From Eledone cirrhosa (taxonomy: Eukaryota): 64,000 nucleotides of DNA. Below the pieces are notes generated by a model that was given only the letters and a program-made list of their open reading frames with translations, had not been told where the DNA came from and ran no database searches. The DNA is taken from positions 281,356,001 through 281,420,000 of the forward strand of contig OZ024740.1 in the NCBI GenBank assembly GCA_964016885.1, given 5' to 3'. This document shows positions 1 to 11,720 of this stretch, one piece after another. A program made the translations under genes and the position numbers. The first letter of the stretch is position 1, and each line of letters opens with the position of its first letter.

Positions 1-362
1 CTAATATAGACCAATCAATAGAGTACGGGATATTACTATCCTTGAGATCCCATACCTTACTTGCGAGGGCCGTTGATGTTCGTTTATCTGAGTGTTTAAA
101 AGAAGCGACATGTGAGTAAAATCTGGTTTTAAACCTGTCCTGGGTCATACCGACATATCGCTCGCTTCTGGCTGGCTGGTTGTTGATAACTGGCGTTATT
201 TTAGCCTCATAAACGACAGATTTTGTTTTACATTTACCCTGCAATGGGCATTCATCCGGCTTCCTGCAACTGCATCCTGGATTTATCCTCGTACGGTTTG
301 AACTGGTGATTTTGGATTTCATGGATGGACAACAAGAGTAGCTGATCTTAACTACATTCCTA

Positions 363-828
363 TTGCAGGAAGCCGGATGAATGCCCATTGCAGGGTAAAT
401 GTAAAACAAAATCTGTCGTTTATGAGGCTAAAATAACGCCAGTTATCAACAACCAGCCAGCCAGAAGCGAGCGATATGTCGGTATGACCCAGGACAGGTT
501 TAAAACCAGATTTTACTCACATGTCGCTTCTTTTAAACACTCAGATAAACGAACATCAACGGCCCTCGCAAGTAAGGTATGGGATCTCAAGGATAGTAAT
601 ATCCCGTACTCTATTGATTGGTCTATATTAGACCATTCGAGGGAGTACCAAAGGGGCACAAAGAATTGTTCTTTGTGTACCACAGAAAAGTATAGGATTT
701 TGCTAAACTTGAGAGACACTTCCGCTTGCCTTAACTCTAAGACTGAGATCTTCAGATGCTGTCCTCATCTGAAATCGCATCTGATCTGTAACTGGATTGA
801 CACTCCTACGATAAATCAACCGCCTTGA
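363..828 (+). pseudogene. GIY-YIG endonuclease domain of a Penelope-like element (5'-truncated)
   Basis: SVVYEAKI...YVGMTQDRFKTRFYSH...LASKVWDLKD...CSLCTTEK...LNSKTE...CPH motifs. Confidence 0.88.
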
Positions 829-1116
829 ACTCCTTCTCTGCTCTTTACTTTTGCTACGGCTTTTATTTTGCTGCTTCTACCTTCTGTACTCTTGTATTTA
901 AAAAATATATTTTTTTCCCCCTTACCTCCCTTTATATTTTTACCTCCTCTAGGCCCCCCACCCCATATATTCTTTTTGTTTTGCCCTTCACATACCTATG
1001 TGTATGTGTATGTATTTTTGTGTGTATATATGTATATGTGTACGTATATGTTTGTGTATGTATATATATGTGTATGTATGTGTGTATATGTATGTGTGTG
1101 TATGTGTGTATGTATG

Positions 1117-1156
<40 letters not shown>

Positions 1157-1223
1157 TATATATATATATGTATATATATATATGTGTGTGTGCGTGTCTG
1201 TATGTGTGTATATATTTGTATAT

Positions 1224-1281
1224 TTCATTCTGAAGATTGAAGGAAACTTTTTTTGCTTTTAAGAAACCTCTGGTGAATGGA
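1224..1281 (+). ncRNA. Minimal type I hammerhead ribozyme, likely inactive (GUG at the cleavage site)
   Basis: ttcatt-CTGAAGA-stem II-GAAA-cc tct gg-TG-aatgga. Confidence 0.6.
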
Positions 1282-1749
1282 TTAATTGCCTTGTATGGCT
1301 TTATTACTTTACTACTATATATACGTTTATGTAAGGTTCATTTGTCTTACCTAATACTGAGCTTTACACATACACACATGTATATGTGTGTGTGTATGTG
1401 TATGCATGTGTGTATGTGTACGTGTACGTGTGTATATATATATATATGTATATATATTTGTGTATATATATGTGTGTATATATATATATGTATATGTATA
1501 TGTGTATGTATGTATATGTACGTTTATGTATGTATATGTTGCGTGTGTTTTTATTTATTTTTATGTATGTGTGGGTTTGTGTGTGGGTGTGTGTGTGTAT
1601 ATATGTGTGTGTGTTTGTATTTGGTTGTGCGTTCTTTTGATATATACGTATTTGCATGTGTATAATTGTTTAGCTATGTATGTATATGTGTGTTTACGTA
1701 TTTATATGTGTGTGTGCGTTTATATTTTTATATTTTGTATGTATATATA

Positions 1750-1789
<40 letters not shown>

Positions 1790-2185
1790 GTGTGTGTGTG
1801 TGTATATAATTACATATACATGTGTGTGTTTATATTGTATACGTGTACGTGTTTGCGTATGTATGTGTATGTACGTGTTTATGTATTTGTATATGTATAT
1901 TTATGTGTGAGAGTGTGTGTATGTGTTTACTATTTCGAACGTATGTATATGCGCTTATGTGTGTATTACTTACCACGCGTGTCTGTCCTGTTAGCTGGGG
2001 CATGTATCGCTGTCAAATATTTGTTAATATTATTTATATATTTTTTTCTTATATTTATTTGCGTGTGTTAATATGTAGTGGAGTGCATTCATGTATGTGT
2101 ATGTATGTACGTTGTATGTTTGTGTGAATGTATGTATATGTGTGTGTATATATATGTGTGTGTGTATGTGTAGGCTTGTACACAC

Positions 2186-2225
<40 letters not shown>

Positions 2226-2248
2226 ATATGTGTATATGTGTGTATATG

Positions 2249-2288
<40 letters not shown>

Positions 2289-2314
2289 GATATGTACATG
2301 TGTATATATATGTA

Positions 2315-2348
<34 letters not shown>

Positions 2349-2448
2349 CGTGTGTATGTATGAATATATGTATGTGTATATGTGTGTATATATATGTGTA
2401 TGTGTGTGTAGGTGTACGCTCTTATATATATATGTGTGTATGTATGTG

Positions 2449-2493
<45 letters not shown>

Positions 2494-2703
2494 GTATGTG
2501 TATGTGTATATGTGTATGCGTGCAAATTATATGTGTATATATGTGTGTGTGTGTAAGTATGCTTTTGGGTTTTTTTGTGTGTGTTTGCATGTGTAGTTTT
2601 ATTTTATTTTATTTTTCCTTTCCTTCTCCCTTTTCCAGCCTCACTTTCATATAGATTGCATTTTCGTTTTTAGAATCCATATTCAATAAACAAACCAGGA
2701 TTT

Positions 2704-2761
2704 TTCATTCTGAGGATTGAAAGCAAAACCTTTTGCTTTTAAGAAACCACTGGTAAATGGA
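2704..2761 (+). ncRNA. Minimal type I hammerhead ribozyme
   Basis: Stem I ttcatt/aatgga; CTGAGGA; stem II ttgaaagcaaa/tttgcttttaa; GAAA-cc act gg-TA (GUA site). Confidence 0.8.
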
Positions 2762-2861
2762 ATAATTGCCTTATGTTGTTTATTACATAATAATAATAAT
2801 TAAGCTCTGTTGCTTACATAGAGCACTCTTTTTTCCTGGACTTTTCCGATGGAATTACTTC

Positions 2862-2920
<59 letters not shown>

Positions 2921-2932
2921 ATATAGAAATAC

Positions 2933-2990
2933 CTTCTACAGGCCTAGAACTGTTTCATTCGGGAGAAATCATCAGGGTGGATTCACTTTG
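2933..2990 (-). ncRNA. Degenerate hammerhead ribozyme
   Basis: On -: CTGATGA tttctcccgaat GAAA cag ttctaggc ctg TA; stem I pairs poorly. Confidence 0.45.
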
Positions 2991-3050
2991 AAGCTGGTTA
3001 GATCATTACTAGTTTGAGTACTCGATACTTGGGGTAGTAGAGTATGGGTA

Positions 3051-3170
3051 TATTATAAAGAGTCGGGACCCCGACATCTAAACTCTTGTGTTTCAACAGC
3101 TAGTTCCAGTCTGGAACTAGCTGTTGAAACGGCAAGAGCTCAGCTGTCGGGGTCCCGACTCTTTATAATA
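3051..3170. repeat. Near-perfect palindrome from an inverted Penelope-type pseudo-LTR fragment
   Basis: tattataaagagtcgggaccccgaca...ctagttccag t ctggaactag...tgtcggggtcccgactctttataata. Related sequence occurs at 7320-7475, 8790-8840 and 30720-30775. Confidence 0.8.
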
Positions 3171-3176
3171 TATATA

Positions 3177-3584
3177 CGAGGGTAATCCCAAAAGTAAGGT
3201 CTCCAATGTGATGGGGACGCAGAGAAACTGTTCGTACGGCTGTTGGAAACACTGTTGTGATTGATGCTTCCTTCACTCCCAAACAAGCATGCGCGCGCTT
3301 AGATGGGATGCTCAATCTTGGCTTGGCAGCTGTTGAGAATGGAGCTCCCGATGTACGCTACCGCCAAGTGCGAAGTTCGCGTAGTTATTATATAGAGGGC
3401 AATCCCAAAAGTAAGGTCTCCTTCCGAGGAAAACATCCGTAAAGATCGGCGGATCACTCTGGATGCTCTCTTCATTTTGGTTCCTGAGGTTTCCCGAAGC
3501 ACCATCCACAGAATTTTTATGGAAAAGTTGCAATATCGGAAGTTGCAATATCGGAAGGAGACCTTACTTTTGGGATTGCCCTCG
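3177..3584. mobile_element. Mariner-type MITE
   Basis: TIRs cgagggtaatcccaaaagtaaggtctcc / ggagaccttacttttgggattgccctcg, TA-like flanks, and a third internal TIR copy at about 3395. Confidence 0.8.
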
Positions 3585-4614
3585 CATATATGATAATGGT
3601 GATTTGATTACTTATTGAATAGCTAATTGGTTATGTGAAAGATATAATTCAATCCAGTAACATCCAATTGGCTCTCATGAATTAATATTTCGATATTTGG
3701 GATGCTTAGCGCACATTATTTGTGGCGACTTCAACGTTAGTTTATATCCTTAGGGTTATTGCATTTATTGTTAGAGAGGATTTGAATATAGAACATTCTG
3801 ACATATATATTCAATTATACTCGCAATTATAATTATTAATTGTTTGCTTCGGATTTGTCTTTTAGCTTCAGTCATGTAGCTAACAGAAATTTAATTAAAT
3901 TCTTGTCTATAGTTGGGATTACGCACCAGTTATTTAGTTTGAAGACTTTTACAGTGGACTTGCATTTTACGAGGTTTTAAATAATGCTATTTTGAATATA
4001 CGTGGTTGGAAAATATTTCTGAAAAAAACTTCAAGAAACTGTAAATCTGATGTGTTTTACAAGAAACCACATAATCTAATGTTTGGGAGAAAATATTCTC
4101 TTGCTCACATTTCGGAACCCTTAAAATCCTGCCGTTACACTCCCTCTAAATCATTTACTTACGTTGTCTCTTTTTTTGATTGACAGCATGAACTCCTAGA
4201 ATTAACGATTAATTGATTAATTTAATTAGACAATTCTATTGATTGATTAATTTGTTTATGTTTGTTTGATAACTTCTAGTTGAGTGCTTAATTCGGTTTG
4301 TGTAAGGGAATTTTATTCCTTTGTTCCAAATTTCGAATTGACCGCTAAAACGGGGGTTACCTCCCTTTGGGAGAACCATGTGCCTCTACGGTGATCACTG
4401 CTAGAACGCACACCCATGAGGAACAGAACGAAAAACTTGTTGACGAAGTAAATTCCTTTGTTCTGTCGTCAAAAGCCATTAACTTACAGACCGCTGCAAG
4501 TGGATTTTGTCGATTTAGGATTTACAGAAACCTAGCGGAGATGTTGTATGTTGTATGTGATGTATATGCATCTCTAGAAACATTGTCTACAAATGTAAGG
4601 TTGAAACACCCACG

Positions 4615-5158
4615 TCCCGTAGGGCCTACATAGGGTTAACCGCCAATAGATTCAAGCAGCGTCTTGACATGCATACCCATTCTTTTCTTAACCCTTTAAG
4701 AAGGAATATGACGTCACTTTCAGCTTATATCTGCAGTCTAAAAGACAACCACACCCAATATAAGTTACACTGGGAGATCCTAGCTAGGGCTAGATCGTAT
4801 AACGGAAATAAAGACCATGTGACTTCTGCGCCGCTGAAGCCCTGGAAATACTCTACGCCAAATACCACATCTTAAACGTGTTAGCGTTTATCAACAGGAC
4901 ACATCTCTTGTCTCTGCCGAGAATTATAGGAGGTGGATTCTTATAGATTTCCAGAGGCGTGGGAGTGTGTTGTCTTGATAAAAACTAACAAGTAACCTGG
5001 CCTCTCTCCCTTTGTGTCGAGAATAGGTACATAATATAATCACTACTTTAAAACTCATTGCGAATGGTCTTCAACATTTTTCTAACTAAAGATACAGTAT
5101 ATTACCAAATATACTATACATACATTCATGTATACATCGCTATTTCAGAACACTAATA

Positions 5159-5163
<5 letters not shown>
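4615..5163 (+). mobile_element. Penelope-like 3' remnant (GIY-YIG plus pseudo-LTR)
   Basis: AYIGLTANRFKQRLDMH...LSAYICSLKD...WEILARA. The downstream UTR shares motifs with the 311-bp array unit (atcgctatttcaga, ggtcttcaa) and ends at (TA)n. Confidence 0.75.
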
Positions 5164-5206
<43 letters not shown>

Positions 5207-5679
5207 AGTGTGTGTGTGTGTGTGGTGTGTGTGTATTACATTATTATATTGTCTCAAACTCCCCTGTGGTCGAATTAACCCGAGAGTGTACTAAATGCTT
5301 TTTCTAGCAAATACGATATTAACATTCTGTCCACATTACTCCCCGTCTGTGACCACAGTATTATGTATTAATTTCTCCCTCCTCCTCTTGAGATATTTTC
5401 ACTTGCTATAAAAGAAACAGTCCTTTTTCTTAACCGATATATCACGTGTTAATTCCTCCCTCCACCTATAGATATTGTCTCACTTGCTGCAGACACGTCA
5501 AGAAAACAGTCCTTTACCTGAGATGTCTCTTGAAAAGCCGAGTTGCCTCACAACGATGATGCATTTTTATAATGCACAGTTGGACACGGAGCAACGAAAC
5601 TGAAGTCGGACTTTGAAGAAAAAATAGATATATTTTTGTCTATTATTTCCTCATATTTTGTAATTTGATATGTATGTAT

Positions 5680-6050
5680 AGTATATTTGAATGTATGTAT
5701 AGTATATTTGGCAATATACTGTATGTTTGATTAAAAATATTTTGAAGGCAATTCGCATTGAGTTTTAATGTAGTGACTATGTCACTCACTTATGCTCGGC
5801 AGAAGCTAGAAAGGGTGATGGACATTCCTATTGCTCGCTCGTTAACATTTATCAAGACCACTCACTCCTTTGCTCCTGCCGAGAGTTAGAGAAGCTGTAT
5901 TCTTATAGAATTCCAGTGATATTTAAGAGTTGATTAAACAGACACAGCAGTTGCCGGTCCAGCAAAAATTTGGTATTAGTATTGGTGCTCTGAAACAGCG
6001 ATGTATGTATACATGAATGTATAGTATACATCGCTATTTCTGAGCACCAA
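5680..6050 (-). mobile_element. Pseudo-LTR remnant of the same family as 4900-5163 and the 311-bp array
   Basis: gttgccggtccagcaaaaatt...gctctgaaacagcgat resembles 35000-35053, and there is a short terminal inversion at about 5985-6048. Confidence 0.65.
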
Positions 6051-6380
6051 AAATAATGCATATATATATATGGGACGCGGACGTGTGTGTGCGTGTGTAT
6101 GCACTCACACACATATACATTTGTACATATGTGTGTGTATATATGTATATATATACACACATATATATATATATGTGTGTATATGTATATATGTATGTAG
6201 GTATACGTCTGCGTATATATATATGTGTGTGTGTGTGCGTGTGTGTGTGCAAGACCAGGCTTAAATGAATGCATATGTAAGCACGTGTGTGCATGTATGG
6301 GTGAGCATATATATGTGTGTGTATGTATGTACACATGTGTACGAAAAAATATATATGCGTTTGTATGTACATGTCTATAA

Positions 6381-6412
<32 letters not shown>

Positions 6413-6513
6413 ATATATGTATATATGTATTAATAGATATATGTATATACGTGGGTCCCTTATGTGTACGTGTGAGCATGTCTTCGTATGAATGTACTTA
6501 TGTATGATAGGTG

Positions 6514-6545
<32 letters not shown>

Positions 6546-6561
6546 CATGTGTGAACGCAAG

Positions 6562-6633
<72 letters not shown>

Positions 6634-6975
6634 GTCCACACAGATAAGGGTACGATTAATGGCTCTGAATGCCTCTATATAGGCGTGAGCACATGTGCGT
6701 GTGTGTGTATATGTATGGAGAGGCAGGCAAACTAGGGATTGGCACGGGAATTCATAAAAAATCTACTACACACAGCAGTAATTCTGCCGATGGAATTGGG
6801 GTGACTGACAGCTCCCACCTGAATGGAAATGGACAGTGGGCAGATTTCAGTGGTCAAGCCCTTGATGGCCTCACGAACTATCAACCAATCTAATTGCCGC
6901 GCAGGATGAAGGCAGATGATAAACATTCGAAGGGTCGGAGCCCAGCAGAAAGAAAATTTGCTTCGCAATCACTAG

Positions 6976-7068
6976 ACGTATCTGAGGAGCATGCGAATCC
7001 AGAGTCAGGTTCGATCTACAAACAGATCACACCTCAAGCTGTTCGCCGTAGAAACAATTGTAATACGT
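6976..7068 (+). ncRNA. Type I hammerhead ribozyme with extended stem II
   Basis: Perfect stem I acgtat/atacgt; CTGAGGA; long stem II (gcgaa/ttcgc, gatct/agatc); GAAA-caattg-TA. Confidence 0.75.
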
Positions 7069-7499
7069 AATAAATTGTGTTCCTATGCATCACTGATTCT
7101 TCGTTTTCCATTTTATACATATATATATATATATATAAACATACATACATTGCCAGCATGAGTGTCATAAATATTGACAGTACAAGACATTTATCAGGAA
7201 TAAACCAACCATTTGAACAAGGGAACCCTAGCCCCGATTGCTGACCACTCCCGAAGAAAAACAAAAAAAAGAACAAGAGAACTTTTAAGATTTTTTTTCT
7301 TTGACTGTCTGCCCATATATGGATTATACCCCTTGATAAGTTCAGCTACATTCCCGCCGTTCGAATACTGGCGCTTTAGTTTGGATCTAGCTGACGAAAC
7401 GGCCGGAGCTCAGCCATCAGTGTCCTGAATCTTTTCATATTACCCACTCTACTACCCCAAGTATCGAGTACTCTGGTGGGTTATGGTCTACCTGGAGAT

Positions 7500-8450
7500 A
7501 TAGATATCGAAATTTTGAAAATAATTGTATAAACCTAATTTATGGACAAGACGAATAGACAACAGAATTAGACAAATTATTTCAACTCCCATGATTGATA
7601 GAACACACTTGCTATTACAAACTCATTAGGTGGACCCACAGAAACCATGCATGCAATTAAATAGTTTAAAGGTATCAAGAAAAATGAGTGATTTAAGCTC
7701 ATTCAATTCAGCATTGTTTGGTTCTATGTACAACGTTTCCCCCCAATGCATGTACATTTAGAGAGAAACACAATAGCACTAGAAGCAATGTTATGAACCT
7801 ATTTAAGCTGATTAGGAGATGTTTCTTCTCTGATAAAGAAACTGTATATACGAAAGACATTAGTGAACCATTTGATGGTAGTATGGGAAGGTAAAATGGG
7901 GCCAAAATGTGTGAACTGATTCTTTTATATATTTTAGATGTAATAAAAACAAAATTCTAAACAGCTGAAAATATAATATGAAAATGATGGTATGTTATTA
8001 TCGTAAATTACATAAATGGTCGCAAACTTTACAGAGGATTTACTTAACACATTTAGATATTTCAACCATAGTATAGACAATTTCTTACACATTATATTGG
8101 GCCTGGATACAAGTAAATATCAAACTTCCAGAAAGTCAAACGAAAAGCCCTTGTATATTAATTAAAGATTCTAACTACCCCACATATTACCAGTCTATCT
8201 AAATTTTAGTTAGTAATATAAGTAAATGGATATCAAATATGGACATATTGATAAAGCTGCTAATTATCACAGTAATACATTGCAAAGAGCTAGTTTAAAG
8301 AAAAAGATAGCCCCTTAATAATTTAAGAGCGGCAATAAATTAAACATCTGGTCAAACCCGTTTCTAAGTATATATCTAGATATATCCACCTGCTAGTTGA
8401 AACACACTTGCACACTATTCAAATGTATCACAAAGTGCTTAACTCCAGGG
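7500..8450 (+). pseudogene. Heavily degraded Penelope-like reverse transcriptase remnant
   Basis: Near 7870-7935, FDGSMG...GAKMCEL resembles the PLE RT motif FDVTMGSYDGAEVCEL; many stops. Confidence 0.5.
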
Positions 8451-8760
8451 GCAGATATAGTTGTATGAAAAATTCTGATAATAAATTGAAGTGGATCCCA
8501 GTGGGCGTGCGTGATTTTTATTAACAGCATTATCCTCCTAAAGTATAATTTATTATCAGAATTTCCCCGTCGGTTAGCTTAATGACCGAACGGTTGTTTA
8601 ATTGTTGCTTGTCCAAGCTGTTTCGTCGAACATTCTGTGACTACATTTGTTGTTACATTGTGTCTCTCACTTGTTATGTTTTATACCAACTGTTTTACAA
8701 TTATAATAAATTGAAGTGAAACCCAAAAGATGCGTGTGTTACATATCTATATATATATAT

Positions 8761-8791
<31 letters not shown>

Positions 8792-8837
8792 TAGCCGTCG
8801 AGACGGGTTGAGCTCGGCCGTCGGGGTCATACTTTTT

Positions 8838-8879
<42 letters not shown>

Positions 8880-9084
8880 TATGTATACGTACATACATAT
8901 ATGTATACAGACGTACAGTAGTATGTATATATATATATACATACATGCACACATATATATATGTACGTATGGATTCACCGAACATTTATTACAATGATCG
9001 GTGTGTTTGTAAACAAAGATCCCGAATTAAGCCGTACAGTATCTAGCAACCATCGTTGCTCATTTGTTCAACACTGACAAAGAA

Positions 9085-9127
9085 ACGCTGTACTAGTTTC
9101 AAGCTTATTAGCTATCGTCAGCAACGT
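9085..9127 (-). ncRNA. Minimal type I hammerhead ribozyme
   Basis: On -: acgttg-CTGACGA-t agct aata agct t-GAAA-ctag-TA-cagcgt, with a palindromic stem III. Confidence 0.8.
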
Positions 9128-9303
9128 ATACCTTCTTGCCAGATGATTGAACGTCTGAAAGTATATACCTTCCGTATGCATATTAACGGCTGAGCAGCCT
9201 AATTTGCATATCGAGTGACTTAAATATTTAAGTAACAGCCGTACTAAGCGTGAGAAATGAAATTTCGTTTCATCTTTTCTGTTTATATATATATATATAT
9301 GTG

Positions 9304-9336
<33 letters not shown>

Positions 9337-9389
9337 GTATATATATATATATATATATACATATATATGTATATATATATACATATATA

Positions 9390-9476
<87 letters not shown>

Positions 9477-9483
<7 letters not shown>

Positions 9484-10361
9484 GTTAGTCCTTCATCAGT
9501 GATCTTCCAACCATCATTGGTATTTCATCGCTTTAAAGACCATATACCTCCGGTTGGTGCGCTCACTTTTCGTTGCTTCACCATATTTGTTTGTTTACAC
9601 TCTCGTGTCCCGTTTATTTATGTGTCCCAACGACTTTTTTTAGCCGTTGCTCGCACCAACCGGAGGTATATGGTCTTTAAAGCGATGAAATACCAATGAT
9701 GGTTGGAAGATCACTGATGAAGGATTAACTTTATTCATATGTAACCCATTAGCAACCACGCAGCACGTTTATTCTCATATTTACACATATTTTTTCCCCC
9801 GCTATGACCCGTCTATTTCGTTCTTACTGCTTCCTCTTTCTCTGTATCTTTACCGTCTCTAACAGTCACTCTTTCTGTTAGCCTCTTCCTCACCCTTCAC
9901 TCACTCACTCTCTGTTACTACCTCTCCTCCTCCCGTTTGACCTGTGCGTAATTCTTTTCTTTCGCACCATTGGTCAGGCAGGTCGCTTTTTTTCTCTCTC
10001 TCGTCTACGATTTCACAGAACTTACGTTCACCGAATTCACAGACTAGATCCCTTCTTCCTCCCGTTAGACCTGTACGGAATTCCTTCCTTGCTCACATTC
10101 CAACCAGGTTTGATGGTCTTTATTCTCTCTCGTTCACGATTTCACCGAACTTATATTCATGGAAATGTGGGACTTGACTCCTTCTTCCTCACTTTTCGTT
10201 GCTTCACCATCTTTGTTTGTTTACACTCTCGTGTCCCCTTTATTTACGTGTCCCAACGACTTTTTTTAGCCGTTGCTCACACCAACCGGAGGTATATGGT
10301 CTTTAAACGATGAAATACCAATGATGGTTGGAAGATCACTGATGACGGACTAACTTTATTC

Positions 10362-10364
<3 letters not shown>
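9477..10364. mobile_element. Non-autonomous Penelope-like insertion: about 80-bp inverted end plus about 180-bp direct repeats, within (TA)n
   Basis: 9479-9560 is inverted to 9652-9735, and 9561-9740 is repeated at 10188-10364. The same family occurs at 14037-14676. Confidence 0.7.
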
Positions 10365-10454
<90 letters not shown>

Positions 10455-10459
<5 letters not shown>

Positions 10460-11160
10460 TAATAAAATAAATAAGTCAAATGTTTAAAATTTGGCTTCGT
10501 TTATTACTGCTATATATATTTAGGTGACAGCCATCTTTGGCTGTGACCTCTTCAGGCAGTCCGAATTAGTGTGGGAGAGACGAGTACACATGTTGTTGAG
10601 GTGTATAACTTTGTCAGTACTCTGATATGCCCAGTTCCTAGTTGGGTTGTTATTTCTCTGAGGAACTGGAATCATATGAATTTAAACAAACGAATTTTAG
10701 TGTCAAAGGGCCTCTTCTCCTCTCATTGGTCAGTTGTTAGAACATTCCTCAGTCAAAATCTATAGAAATTCGTTCTGAGGCAAGCCAATCTGTAGTTGCT
10801 GTTCTTGTTATTGTTAGGTACATCTGACCTCTATTCTTATGTTGCTAGTGGTGTTGTTGTTTGAGTCAGCTAAAAAAAAAAGGTGATAAAGTTGTAGAAG
10901 AAATAAGATGGTAAAGGAACAAAGTAAAATAAAATAAAATAATCGAATAAAATGTGTGTGTGTGTTATACCCATCTCAATGTTATAAAGATTTGTAAGGT
11001 CAAACTTCCCCTTGGTCAGTTTTGAGAGCATTCCTCAGTCCAAAGTCTATAGAAATTCTTTCTGGGGTGAGGCTCCCTGTAGTGTTTGTGTTTGCTATTA
11101 AGTACATCTGACCTCTACCCTTATTTTGGTAGTGTTGCTGGTGTTGTGGTCAGCTTATGT
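10455..11160 (-). mobile_element. Degenerate Penelope-type pseudo-LTR with decayed hammerhead and an internal duplication
   Basis: On -: actgc-CTGAAGA-stem II-tAAA-tatatata-gcagt at 10506-10560. 10700-10860 is similar to 10995-11155. Confidence 0.45.
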
Positions 11161-11453
11161 CTTACTGCTGGTGACAATTAAGAAGTAACTGTGTGTGTTT
11201 CTTCATCCCTCCTGCCACCATCTCCCGTGGTGGTGGTGGTGGGTGTGTGTGTGTGTGGGGGGGGTCTGCCATGTATATGAAGAAATAGAAGGCAATAAAA
11301 TGAAATGAAATGAAGAAAACAGAAAATATATAATAAATAGAGAATAAATGAAAAATTAATGATAAAGTGATGAAAAAGTAAGGAAGAATGAATATGGAAA
11401 ATGAAATATTTTTCACTTCTCATCTTCATTTTTCATTTTCCATATTCATTTGA

Positions 11454-11646
<193 letters not shown>

Positions 11647-11655
11647 CTATATAGA

Positions 11656-11717
<62 letters not shown>

Positions 11718-11720
<3 letters not shown>

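Larger units (their letters stand above)
1..2790. mobile_element. Penelope-like element (probably Naiad-type) 3' part with 5' inversion and microsatellite-rich pseudo-LTR region
   Basis: 1-269 is the reverse complement of 363-631. The spacer read on - gives VKISYSCCPSMK...CSCRKPDECPLQGKC. A GIY-YIG ORF follows on +, and hammerhead copies lie at 1224 and 2704. Confidence 0.8.

Noticed and set aside
270-900. Selenocysteine recoding, as reported for some Naiad PLEs
   Set aside because: There is no internal in-frame TGA in the visible fragment and no recognisable SECIS.
825-2654. Numerous YI/CV/HT-rich ORFs (also at 5.9-6.5, 9.2, 11.4, 28.5 and 33.0 kb)
   Set aside because: They are translations of stop-free dinucleotide microsatellites.
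9680-9740. Hammerhead in the 9477/14037 repeat family (GAAA...CTGATGA)
   Set aside because: I could not build a complete three-stem fold around the core.
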